From Podarcis gaigeae (Eukaryota): DNA of 64,000 nt. Below are positions 12,201-24,755 of this stretch, piece after piece. The notes beneath the pieces are model-generated. The model ran no database searches, had not been told where the DNA came from, and saw nothing but the letters and a program-made list of their open reading frames with translations. Every line of letters begins with the position of its first letter. The first letter of the stretch is position 1. The DNA lies in the NCBI GenBank assembly GCA_964106915.2, contig OZ066914.1; one strand, 5' to 3'. The position numbers and the translations under genes were made by a program.

Positions 12201-15072
12201 ATTCATTCTCCCCCGCTACCTCTTTTCATCTGCAACACTGATCAGATCCTAAGTGGGTATAGAAAACTGCCACTGCCACAGTACTGTTAAACATATTTGC
12301 TGAACCCAGTTTGTTGTTAGGCCATGTTGACAGTATCTAAACATCCCCAACTGTAAGTTTAGTTGGGCGAGTTGACAGGCAAGGAAATCCATGGAAGAAA
12401 GGAATGGAAAATTGCTTTGACAATATTTAAACCTTCTAATATTTAAAGTCTTGTGACATTAACATTGGTATCTGGGAACGTCTAAAAGCAGATTTAATAG
12501 AGGGATGTAGGATAATCACAGTGTTTGAGTGACAGTGCTAGCAGGGAAGGGGGATGTTTTTAAAAGAAGCAAATTCTGCATCATCGTAATGCAGTTTGTG
12601 TTTAGTACAGTTAATACAGTTCATGTTTAAAAAGCAGCAGTTTTTACTTATCTTTTGTATAAATTATATACTCGAGTCTCTATCTAAATCCATGCTCATC
12701 TATGCAGACAGAAACTGAGTAGCTAACTAAACGTTATGCACACACATGGGAAACTTGTCTTAAAAGAAAATTGTCTTCCCGCAGAGGGAAGTCAGCATAG
12801 AAAAGTGGGGTGGGGTATGTGCCATTAGCACCTCTCCATCTGCCACTGTTCAGTTGCACACATGCACTTGATTTACCCTCTTTGCTGAGTTCCAAACATG
12901 TATAGAAGGAAAAGGTTCAACACCCTTCTTCAGTTTCCTCTAAATCACCTCCCCACAACTCAATTTTGTTTGTTTAAATGTACATGCATTCTTCCTCTAA
13001 AATACACATTTTATTATGCTTTCCAATCCATCACCAGCACATAACTCTGGTATGCGGAAGTTGGCATTGGATGCTCATATGCTCTGGGCCAGATCCAAGG
13101 TTCTTACAAGGCCTTTAACAACCTGGGTCCTAATCCCTTATATCCCCACCCAGTCACGGAGCTCTTTAGAGGAATCACTGTTCATGGTCCCCCAGGATGC
13201 ATGGCTTGGGTCCACCAGAGGCTGCACATTCTATTGCACATATTAATATTCTGCTGCTTGAAGTGACTGGATGCATAAAAACTGACCCCTCTTGGAAGTA
13301 AACCACTGTCAAGGCCCATAAGTATAATTAAAGCTTTACTTGCAGAACTTTTTTCAAAACAAAACATCTGATTAACTCCATACAATAACTGCGCAAGGCC
13401 AGCACAGGTTCATCTTTTTAGAAATAAAAGATAATTCCAAATAGGTCTCCCTCTTCCTGCAACCTCAATTTTGTCTGAGGTTGTGCGCTCCTAGAGTGTG
13501 CTCCATTGTTGCATCTTATTCTCACAAAACCTGAGAACAAAGATGAAAGGGAACTCTCTTTCAAAATGGAGATTTGCAACCAGATTCCTTTGTCACCTGA
13601 TCTAAGGTTAAACACTCATGTGTTAGATAGCAGAAAAGAACAATAGTAAATTATCAACCCATCAAGGAGTTCAGAGACCACTTACTATACTCCAGTGGAA
13701 TTTCCCCATGTAAAGCCTTCAGTAATAAACATTTATGCATTCTTCATTCAGTGTCAATTAAACAATTATCCTTATCAGTACTGTCAGTCTAATTTTATGG
13801 AACTCCCTTCCGCTTGATGTCAGACAGGCTCCCTACCTGTTGGACCACCAGCACCTGCTTAAGTCATTTTTTTATTCCAGTAGGTAAGTCTGATTTTATA
13901 GTTATAACTGATTTTTACCTTTCTGCATTGCATTTCTTATACATGTGCAGATGTACATGTGTCAGGGCTCTTCCATGCAATCAGACATCTCAGTTGCCAC
14001 AGGGCTCCTGAATGCATGGAAGCACCATACGTCAATACAGTTATATGTGCATAGAACTTCTTCACACCAGAGTTACACCTGTGGACACTGGGTAGGCATG
14101 TGGCCCATGGGTGCTGTCCTACCTCCCCCTCACACATTTACTCCATGCTTGAGGAAGAAGGAGTGATTGGCCTTCAGCATTTCTCTTTTCAAGCTTCTTA
14201 TGAATGCTGGGTTTGCATGGATTTCTGGATACAAGAGGTAGTGGTTTTGAGGTTTCCATGATAAACTTCCTTAGAATCATTGTGCGACGGTTCTCAGAGC
14301 TCATTCAAAATAATTTTCTCATGTCTTAGCAGCCTGTGGTATGCTTATTTCATACCCTGATATGATGAATCATTTTTATGGCAAAAGTTCTATAAATAGA
14401 TTACACTGGACAGAGAGTTGGATTTAGATGCAGGAATCCAAGGAGGGGAAAGTTCAGCATAGTTTTGGACTTACTTTAGGACTATCCAACATGCATACCG
14501 CTGCTAGGGCTGAGCAGTTACAAGCCCGATAAAAGAATCTGGAGTCCTATTGTTGTTGTTTAGTTGTTTAGTTGTGTCCGACTCTTCGTGACCCCATGGA
14601 CCAGAGCATGCCAGGCACTCCTGTCTTCTACTGCCTCCCGCAGTTTGGTCAGATTCATGTTTGTAGCTTCGAGAACACTGTCCAACCATCTCGTCCTCTG
14701 TCGTCCCCTTCTTGTGCCCTCAATCTTTCCCAACATCAGGGTTTTTCCAGGGAGTCTTCTCTTCTCATGAGGTGGCCAAAGTATTGGAGCCTCAGCTTCA
14801 GGATCTGTCCTTCCAGTGAGCACTCAGGGCTAATTTCCTTAAGAAATGATGTGTTTGATCTTCTTGCAGTCCATGGGACTCTCAAGAGTCTCCTCCAGCA
14901 CCATAATTCAAAAGCATCAATTCTTCGGCGATCAGCCTTCTTTATGGTCCAGCTTTCACTTCCATACATTACTACCGGGAAAACCATGGCTTTAACTATA
15001 TGGACCTTTGTTGGCAAGGTGATGTCTCTGCTTTTTAAGATGCTGTCTAGGTTTGCCATCGCCTTTCTCCCA

Positions 15073-15193
15073 TGTGTACCTCCAATGTGTATCTCCAATG
15101 TGTATCTGAAGAAGTGTGCATGCACACGAAAGCTCATACCAAGAACTAACTTAGTTGGTCTTTAAAGTGCTACTGGAAGGAATTTTTTTTGTT
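15073..15193 (+). mobile_element. Penelope-like element terminal fragment inserted in BovB
   Basis: Splits the BovB motif KRRLLLG|RKAMANLDS. tccca is duplicated at 15068-15072 and 15194-15198. Contains a hammerhead motif and a ttagttggtctttaaagtgctac terminal motif. Confidence 0.8.
15102..15139 (+). ncRNA. minimal type I hammerhead ribozyme motif
   Basis: GUAU-CUGAAGA-A-GUGUG(CAUG)CACAC-GAAA-GC-UC-AUAC. Stem I is GUAU/AUAC, stem II is 5 bp, stem III is the palindrome AGCU, and cleavage is predicted after C15135. Confidence 0.75.
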
Positions 15194-18100
15194 TCCCAAG
15201 GAGCAGGCGTCTTTTATTTTTGTGATTGCTGTCACCATCTGCAGTGATCATGGAGCCCAAGAAAGTAAAATCTCTCACTGCCTCCATTTCTTCCCCTTCT
15301 ATTTGCCAGGAGGTGATGGGCCCAGTGGCCATGATCTTCGTTTTTTTGATGTTGAGCTTCAGACCATATTTTGCGCTCTCCTCTTTCACCCTCATTAAAA
15401 GGTTCTTTAATTCCTCCTCACTTTCTGCCATCAAGGTTGTGTCATCTGCATATCTGAGGTTGTTGATAATTCTTCTGGTGATCTTAATTCCGGCTTGGGT
15501 TTCATCCAGCCCAGCCTTTCGCATGATGAATTCTGCATATAAATTAAATAAGCAGGGAGACAATATACAGCCTTGCCGTACTCCTTTCCCAATTTTGAAC
15601 CAGTCAGTTGTTCCATATCCAGTTCTAACTGTAGCTTCTTGTCCCACATAGAGATTTCTCAGGAGACAGATGAGGTGATCAGGCACTCCCATTTCTTTAA
15701 GAACTTACCATAGTTTGCTGTGGTCAACACAGTTAAAGGCTTTTGCATAGTCAATGAGGCAGAAGTAGATGTCTTTCTGGAACTCTCTAGCTTTCACCAT
15801 AATCCAGCGCATGTTTGCAATTTGGTCCCTGGTTCCTCTGCCCCTTTGAAATCCAGCTTGCACTTCTAGGAGTTCTCGGTCCACATACTGCTTAAGCCTG
15901 CCTTGTAGAATTTTAAGCATAACCTTGCTAGCGTGTGAAATGAGTGCAATTGTGCGGTAGTTGGAGCATTCTTTGGCACTGCCCTTCTTTGGGATTGGGA
16001 TGTAGACTGATCTTCTCCAATCTTCTGGCCACTGCTGAGTTTTCCAAATTTGCTGGCATATTGAGTGTAGCACCTTAACAGCATCATCGTTTAAAATTTT
16101 AAATAGTTCAGCTGGAATATCATCACTTCCACTGGCCTTGTTATTAGCAGTGCTTTCTAAGGCCCATTTGACTTCACTCTCCAAGATGTCTGGCTCAAGG
16201 TCAGCAACCACACTACCTGGGGTGTACGAGACATCCATATCTTTCTGGTATAATTCCTCTGTGTATTCTTGCCACCTCTTCTTGATGTCTTCTGCTTCTG
16301 TTAGGGCCTTTCCACTTTTGTCTTTTATTATGGTAATCTTTGTACGAAATGTTCCTTTCATATCTCCAATTTTCTCGAACAGATCTCTGGTTTTTTCCCA
16401 TTCTATTGTTTTCCTCTATTTCTTTGCACTGCTCGTTTAAGAAGGCCTTCTTGTCTCTCCTTGCTTCTTGTCTCTCCTTTTTTGGAACTCTGCATTCAAT
16501 TTCCTGTATCTTTCACTAGCTCCCTTGCATTTTGCTTGCCTTGTCTCCCCCGCTATTTGTAAGGCTTCTTTGGACAGCCACTTTGCTTTCCTGCATTTCC
16601 TTTTCATTGGGATGGTTTTAGTTGCTGCCTCCTGTATAATGTTATGAGCCTCCATCCATAGTTCTTCAGGCACTCTGTCCACCAAATCTAAATCCTTAAA
16701 CCTGTTCCTCACTTCCACTGTGTATTCATAAGGGATTTGACTTAGATTGTATCTTAACGGGCCAGTGTTTTTTCCTACTTTCTTCAGTTTAAGCTTGAAT
16801 TTTGCTATAAGAAGCTGATGATCTGAGCCACAGTCAGCTCCAGGTCTTGCTTTTGCTGACTGTATAGAGCTTCTCCATCTTTGGCTGCAGAGTATATAAT
16901 CAATCTGATTTTGATGCTGCCCATCTGGTGATGTCCATGTGTAGAGTCGTCTCTTGTGCTGTTGGAAAAGCGTGTTTGTGATGACCAGCTTGTTCTCTTG
17001 GCAGAACTCTATTAGCCTTTGCCCTGCTTCGTTTGATCTCCAAGGCCAAACTTGCCAGTTGTTCCTTTTATCTCTTGACTCCCTACTTTAGCATTCCAAT
17101 CCCCTATAATGAGAAGAACATCCTTCTTTGGTGTCATTTCTATAAGGTGTTGTAAGTCTTCGTAGAATTGGTCAATTTCAGTTTCTTCAGCACCAGTGGT
17201 TGGTGCATAAACGTGGATTACTGTGATGTTAAAAGGTCTGCCTTGGATTCGTATCAAGATCATTCTATCATTTTTGAGATTGCATCCCATTACAGCCTTC
17301 GCCACTCTTTTGTTGACTATGAGGGCCACTCCATTTCTTTTACGGGATTCTTGCCCACAGTAGTAGATATGATGGTCATCTGATCTGAATTCGCCCATTC
17401 CCGTCCATTTTAGTTCACTGATGCCCAGGATGTCAATATTTATTCTTGCCATCTCATTTTTGACCACATCCAACTTACCAAGGTTCATGGTTCTTACATT
17501 CCAGGTTCCTATGCAATATTTTTCTTTACAGCATTGGACTTTCTTTTTGCTTCCAGGCATATCTGCAACTGAGCGTCCTTTCGGATTTGGCCCAGCCACT
17601 TCATCAGCTCTGAAGCTACTTGTACTTGTCCTCCGCTCTTCCTCAGTAGTATGTTGGACGCCTTCCAACCTGAGGGGCTCATCTTCCAGCGTCATAACTT
17701 TTATATGCCTGTTGCCTTTGTCCATGGAGTATTTTTGGCAGGGATACTGGAGTGACTTGCCGGTTCCTGCTCCAGGTGGATCACGTTTGGTCAAAACTCT
17801 CTACTATGACCTGTCCATCCTGGGTGGCCCTGCACGGCATAGCTCATAGCTTCTCTGAGTTATTCAAGCCCCTTTGCCACGGCAAGGCAGTGATCCATGA
17901 AGGGGTCCTATAGTCCTATAGCCCCTCCCAAAACCCAGTAGTGAGATGCCAACTTCCTTCAAAGCATTATCCAGGTTTGCCATCAACAGTTGACATGATT
18001 CAGTATTGGCCAGAGAGATGGGCCATTGCCAATGCAACCCATTGAAACATCTGTTGTTGCAGTAAGAGGAGCATCAGCTCCTCAGCCCTATCCACATCAG

Positions 18101-18382
18101 TTGTTCATTCTTTTGCTATTCCCTTTCCACTTTCACTGATCACATAGCACCTACATACCTCCTAGATTCTGCCTTCTACTCCTGTTTCATGTACATTTCA
18201 TGGAGATTGAAGGTGCCCCTCAGTTGGCTGGGAGAGGACTGTCTGTCCCTGCAACTCTAACACAGGCCTGAAAGAGAAGGAGGCCACTCAGCATTTGTCT
18301 TGGTTGATTTGAGAGGGCAAGGTATCTTGAAACACAACAGCTCTTTCTCTAGTCTTTTTAATGAAATTTTTATGAAATTCAG

Positions 18383-18483
18383 TACCTGCGGGAGGCAATG
18401 GAAGACAGAAGTGCCTGGCGTGCTCTGGTCCATGGGGTCACGAAGAGTCAGCCACGACTAAACAACTAAACAACAACAACAAC
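18383..18483 (+). mobile_element. BovB extreme 3' fragment
   Basis: gcctggcgtgctctggtccatggggtcacgaagagtc plus (CAA)n, with TSD tgaaattcag at 18373-18382 and 18484-18493. Confidence 0.9.
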
Positions 18484-19252
18484 TGAAATTCAGGATTATG
18501 TCTGCCAGTCCTACCATCTTGGAAGTTCTGACTGCACAGGGATCTCCAGATGTACACACCAACTTGCATTGGCTCTCTACATACAGCTGGTATACTTGCA
18601 TGTTGGAGATATTTGCACATTAGTCTCCACACAGATGGAACCACCAAAGTGTGCAGATTGGGTTCATTGAGGGGATGTGGGGGAGGGCAGGGTTCTTGAT
18701 GCTGACTTCCACCACACAGACACATCACATGCACACTCACCTGTGTGAAACTAAATCCAGAGTCATTTGACCACAACACTGAGGGTTGCATATGTTTCCA
18801 TGCATTGCTCAACTCCCCCTCCATATTCATGCAAACCACACATTGAGCAGTGTCCACCTTTCCACACCTGGTCCAGGTGCTTCATTGGGCGTTACTTCTA
18901 AGAAAACTTGCAGACGATCCAGTACCATAGTAAATCTTAAGAGTCAGTGGTTACATATTTGGAATTTTTTAGCCTATATAGCTTTTATTGTGTTCTTTTA
19001 AAAATAAAATCATCATCATCATCATCATCATCATCGCACACTCCTTCACTCATGTGGACTGGCAAAACTGATGGCAGCAAGGCACCCAGCCTGCTTATGT
19101 CAGTAACATAATTTTAACACAACAAGACAAATGTAACCAGGCATGACACTGTGGCGTGCTGACATATGAGGCCATGCATTTAAAACAAAAGCAATTTGCT
19201 GGAAACCATACCAGTTTGTTCTTTTCCACCAGCAGATTTATTCACAAGATGC

Positions 19253-19341
19253 ACAGGGCAATCTTATACATATCTCCTCAGAGGTAAGTCCCACTTAGCT
19301 CAATATGGCTTGCTCCCAAATAAATGGTTACAGGACTGCAA
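19253..19341. repeat. ~90-bp palindromic interspersed repeat (MITE-like)
   Basis: gcaatcttatac...aggactgca arms. Relatives lie at ~7155-7236, 10473-10555, 20152-20230 and 57122-57200. Confidence 0.55.
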
Positions 19342-20601
19342 TATGAATACGCTACACGGAGTTCTTGCAATTTTCTAAAAGGGAACTTTATTTACTCCCG
19401 TCTTCTACCCGCTCATGCATCTTAGCATTCAGTTGTTAGATAAGCAGATAGTGTTGTATATAGACTGATGGCCTTGAACTCTTAGAAATAATTCTGCATA
19501 CACATTACCAGCTTAAAAAGCAGCTAGGCCATTCTTTTTCTCAACTTGGATCAAAGCTGTTTTGTGGGAGAAACACATCAAAACATAGTATTTCATAGGA
19601 AATGACAGGGTAGATGCAGGACAGATATGAATTGTGGCTAATGTGTGTATACCACTTCTCAAACCGGCAGTGGGAGCACACTCGTTGCAGAGTAAACACG
19701 TGTGTTGGTACAGCATAAGAATTAGGATGCAGAATGTAGAATTTAATGTTCTAGTTCTTCTTCTGCATAAAGCAACAATCAGGTTCTTGGTTCTTTTTAG
19801 ACTGCCCTCTGCCTAGTAGAAATCCCAGGATGGACTTGCTTGCCACCATCCCAGGATACTTAGAAATATTGCCTTGGATGGCTTTGCTGCATATATTACA
19901 GTCAGCTAGCTTATTAGTCCAGTTGACTTGGAAATGAAACTCAGCTTCAGATCTCTCCTATTTCTCATTAATTATGATTTAATGGATTTCTAGTCTGCCT
20001 GTGTGTGTGTGTGTGTGTGTGTGTGCATGCACATAGACACAGACACACCCAAAGGTTCCTGAGTAAGATTCCCAGGATGGAGTTGTCAATATCATGTTCT
20101 ACAGATGCTGTTTGATGCCACCTCCCACCAGCTCTAGCCAACATGTACTTCTACAGTATAATCCTATAGATGTCTGCTCAGAAGTAAACCCAACTAAGCT
20201 CAATGGGTAAATGTAAATAGAATTGCAACCCTAGTAGTGGGAGAGCAAGTGAACAAAGGAAGAACAGTTAAGAAGCTCCAAAAACCAAGGTGGAGCACAG
20301 AAATGGTTTTAAAAGTAGACAAAGGGATATAAACCCTTTGCTAGATAATAGATATACTACTTCCAAACTAGCTTCCCACCCCCCTCTACAATTGACAGCC
20401 TGTGTTCACTCACATTTTACAGTAATCCAGAGATGTTGTTTACAGACTATTGCATTCCAGTGTGTTCTGTCGTGCCCTGTGTTTCCTTCAGACCTGATTC
20501 CTGGTGATTAAAAAAAATAAAATAAAAATGCATTTGCAGTGCCAGCCTGTCCATTCTGGAAAAGCAAAATGCGGTTGAGAATTTTCAGGGCTCCTGTGTC
20601 C

Positions 20602-20949
20602 TTAATTCAAAGTTTCCTGCTTGCAGATCCTGCCCTTTTATTGCTTCCAGTATTCAAGTATGGTAGTGAGACCAGCGATGAAGAAAGAGCTTGCTACTTT
20701 CTCTAAACAGCCTCTCTTTACCAGTTGTCCCTAATTGTCAGTTTCTGCTGCGGCGGAGGGGGAGTGCTTAATAACCACTGATTTCCCCCTGTTATGTTTC
20801 GCTCCAACTTTTATTTATACATAAGCATGGGGGAAAACGCAAACAGAAACTGTTAATAAGGAGCAATTAAGAGAAATGATTTAGAGGCTGCTGCACATCA
20901 CAGGGAAAAATAAAAGGGCAGAATCTGCAAGGCAGAAACTTTTTATTAA
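20602..20949. repeat. long degenerate palindrome (nested inverted repeats)
   Basis: Arms 20602-20642/20909-20949, 20708-20715/20883-20890, 20723-20752/20838-20868 and 20765-20770/20822-20827. Confidence 0.8.
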
Positions 20950-21602
20950 CATTGGAAGGGATGTTTTCCTGAATGGTATTTATTTCTTGCTGGATAATAT
21001 GGCACTGTATTAAATGTTGTGTGAAGCATCAGTTTTAATTCTACTTCTGTCTGATTGCAGAAAATCAGTTGTTCAGCACCACTAATTATATCTAGTGTGG
21101 AAGCAATTATAGTTCAGTGCCTCGGCTGCAAGTGGATGAAAAAAGAATGCTGAAATGGGGGAATGATGGTATTAATGGGCAAGAGAAGGACCCCAGAAAC
21201 AACTGTTGTAAGGATGTACTTTGAGGATGTCCACTATCTTTTCTGAAGCCCTGACCAAGGTGAATTTCCTGACTTCTTAGAATATGGATGCAAGGAATTC
21301 CTTTGAGTATTGCAAAGACTACAGCATCACAGAGGGAGAGAAGACTTGTACAAGTCTGAATTGAAGCCAGAAGCTGGACACACCAAAACCAAAGCCTATT
21401 GAGACAAATATCTACTTTCTATACCATACATAGCATACTTATAACTTTCCACTTTACTGAATGATGGAAATAGTTATGTGGAGAGATCTTTTTCTTTTTT
21501 CAGAATCAAAGTAAATTGCCTCTTTTCTGGAAAGATCCCACCGCACATGCAGTATTTATTAATGCAGGAATATATATATTTTAACATACATGGTGTGTTT
21601 CT

Positions 21603-21605
<3 letters not shown>

Positions 21606-21648
<43 letters not shown>
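21606..21648. repeat. (AT)n microsatellite
   Basis: Seen directly. Other microsatellites: (ATTT)n ~21948-21985, (CT)n 24707-24753, (AT)n 25588-25624, (AG)n 40757-40788 and (CT)n(GT)n 50214-50283. Confidence 0.95.
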
Positions 21649-21650
<2 letters not shown>

Positions 21651-21946
21651 ATATGGTGTCTGATAAAAAGAGGCTATACACATCATGTGTTAAAAAAACC
21701 ATGTTAGGCTCCTGTGATTCATATATGAAATCCACTTCTATTATTTTCAAGTATTTTTTTTTATTGGCTTAACTTCAGTGCTTTCAGGAATATAAAGGAT
21801 AATAGCTACCTAGTGTTTGATAAGTCAATTGATAGGCCCATACCCTTTGGAGAACTCAAAGTTTTAATCCTGTCACTGCCACTGCCAGGAATAGTTTCTG
21901 TTGAAGTGAACTTGCAAAAGAGGTATCATGTCCGTTGGTAGGAGGG

Positions 21947-21982
<36 letters not shown>

Positions 21983-22472
21983 TTTGCAGTCCCATCCTTC
22001 CTCATCTCATGTTTGCTGAGCTCCTAAATCTCAAAAGCATCGGTGAAAGTTAACACTATACAAGTGTAGCAGCATTCTTCTGTTGGCAGAAGGTTATTGC
22101 CATCATGGCACTTACATGGTGGAGGAATGGAGGGCTTATTACCATATGTAAATTAGCATATGTAAATGAGCTACCACACATCTACTACTTCATATAGACT
22201 ATTCATATGAACCAATAATACAAATCACATTTTGTATCATTGAAGATCATTTCACATATTCAGTGCAATTTCTTTTTTTAAGCAATCAAGTTATGTACAT
22301 GTAAGTTAGGGACCAGAACTGTGAACAAAGATACTTTTACTACATTATCCATAACATAGCAATGAGATTCTGTGAACTGACTCACTTGTGTGAGATCTTT
22401 TACTTTTTTTAAAGCAACCCCCCCCTTTTGCAGGCATGTGTCATGGTGCATCTGAGTTGTTCTTCCCCTGTA

Positions 22473-22698
22473 CAGTGGTACCTCGGATTACATACGCTTC
22501 AGGTTACAGACTCTGCTAACCCAGAAATAGTACCTCGGGTTAAGAACTTTGCTTCAGGATGAGGACAGAAATCTTGCTCTGGCGGCGTGGCGGCAGCAGG
22601 AGGCCCCATTAGCTAAAGTGGTGCTTCAGGTTAAGAACAGTTTCAGGTTAAGAACGGACCTCCAGAATGAATTAAGTACTTAACCAAAGGTACCACTG
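22473..22698 (+). mobile_element. Tc1/mariner (Tigger-like) MITE
   Basis: Terminal inverted repeat (TIR) cagtggtacct...aggtaccactg flanked by TA on both sides. Strand is arbitrary, relative to the other copies. Confidence 0.9.
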
Positions 22699-23355
22699 TA
22701 TATGTTCATAGGAACACTTAAAAGAAAGTTTCATTGAAACGAATTCCAAGTTAATGTGTCTAGCATCAAGATAACTTGCATTTTCTTGTTGCTATTACAT
22801 TTCCTTCCAGAATTTCCTGCTAATGGGGTCATTTGGCAGAACTACAGTATGTACATATTTTAGAACAAGAAAGGAATCTGGAGTCAATCCTGCTTGTTGA
22901 GATTTCCTCCTGCAGAGTTCCATCCACTTCATCCTACATGAAATGCAGCCACTTCCTTTACTGCCTTCAACTACTGTGGCACAACTGTATGCTAGCCAGC
23001 CCTCATGCTTGGACCGGACAGGCCACCATGGCTCTGAAACTGACTAGAGCCAGGGGAAAAAAGGAAGGTATAGGAAAAGGAGGAAAGTGTCTTACGTTAT
23101 CCACAATATCAAATATTTGTTAGGATTTAGAAATATTCTCCGTTTAGCCTCTAAAACTTTTTGATGTGGTTTTGCTAAGAACAGGGGCTTAGTTCTTCCC
23201 CTTTAACATAAAGTAGCTTCTAATAGTGTTGTTCAGACCTTTTTATTTCTTGCTTGCTCATGCTGTCCTTCATGTGCATGTGAGGATGCACACGTTATCC
23301 TCTTAAAGTCAGTAGTGTGATTTCAGTTGATTTAAATGGACACTGAGCTGACTTG

Positions 23356-23526
23356 GGCTGCATGCAGACTATACCTTTCCAGTACATTTCTCCCCTCAAA
23401 GAATCTTGGAAGCTGTAGTTGACTTCTCACAGATCTACAGTTCCCGGTTCTCTTAAGAAAGCTACATTTCCCAGCATTCTTTGGGGGAAGCCATGTTCTT
23501 TAGTTGTATGATGGCATACACAGCCT
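23356..23526. mobile_element. palindromic MITE (possibly PIF/Harbinger-type)
   Basis: ggctgc...acacagcc ends with internal aaagaatc..gggaa.tgtag / ctacatttcccagcattcttt. A second copy is at ~48836-48969. Confidence 0.5.
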
Positions 23527-24705
23527 TGGACATGAAGTTCCTAGCTTGCTTAAGCATAGTTTAACCATCTGACGGCAATACTCTTGTTCTTTTTGTTTTT
23601 GCTTGCTTGGCGTTTATTTCGTTTCAGTATCTGTAATTCAACCTATGAGAAATAAATGAAAAGTAGCAAAAAGGAAAAGAAGTTAACAACGGCAGCAATC
23701 TGGGAAAATGTTTCAGGCCTGAATGCTTCCACGTCACAAAGGGATACAATGGGTTGGGAGAACTGTCCCTCATGTTTGAGGTTCCCAAACCTTGCTGTTC
23801 ATATTGCCCCTTTTTTAATGACAAACAATGTTGCATCTTCAAATAACCCCCAACATTTCATGGCTAGGTCTCTGTCCCACCCTCTGTTTCACTGTGGCCT
23901 GAAACCTTGTTGCACTTCCTTAATTCCTGAAGTTGATAAGTGAATGAAAGGTGTCTTATCCATGCTAGGTGATATTAGCATGGACACATGGCTATGTTAT
24001 TCCATTCCATTTGGGGCTGGAATTCAGAGGGAAGGGAGGATATCTGGTGAGGAAAGCCCATCTGGCTATTTTAATTAAGGGGAGACAACCTCCACCCCAC
24101 CTCCATCTCACCAGGGGATCCAATTTGACATGTGAGGCCATTTCTTTAAAACCACACCCACCTCTCAGTCGGCTGGATGTATGGGTGGCAGGGTTCAATT
24201 CTATGTTGGCTGCGCCAACCAGTATCCCCAAAGAAACTGGTATGCCGCTGAAGCAGCAAGATTTATCACCTAGTCATCAGCTGATGAGGGAGGGGCTTAA
24301 ATCTGTTCAGATCCCTGCACTTCTCCTGGGTGCTGTTTCTCTAACACCTTTCCTGATTGGTATAACATTTGAATATACTAATGAATATTAGTTGCTGTAT
24401 TATGGTTATAATTTAAATAGAAATGCAATCTGTCTCACCGTAGTGGAGAAGACTGTGACCAAGTGGCTGGTCTACCTGCTGTCCAGGTGTTGATGGAGCA
24501 ATTTCAAGGCCTGTGTTCTCTTCTTCTTTTGGTCCTTCTCTTTATCAAACTGGACTTTGATGGGAAAACCCTTCAAACAGAGGACTGACCTCTGAGAAGT
24601 AGGACGCAGGGCCACTCTGTCCAGCTCTTTAGCAAACAGCCAGTCTTTCCATGACAGCCTGAGCTAATGGAGAAGCTACTGATCAGACCATGCATGGAAA
24701 AATAT

Positions 24706-24755
<50 letters not shown>

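Larger units (their letters stand above)
14551..17904 (-). mobile_element. full-length (~3.2 kb) RTE-BovB LINE with APE endonuclease + reverse transcriptase ORF disabled
   Basis: Endonuclease motifs IGTWNVRTM, ILGISELKW and IGDWNAKVG. RT motifs NYRTIALISHASK, GVRQGCILSP and LRYADD. Bov-A-like 5' end, (CAA)n tail, and TSD gtcctat at 14544-14550 and 17905-17911. Disabled by frameshifts, a stop near 15705 and an insert at 15073-15193. Confidence 0.97.
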
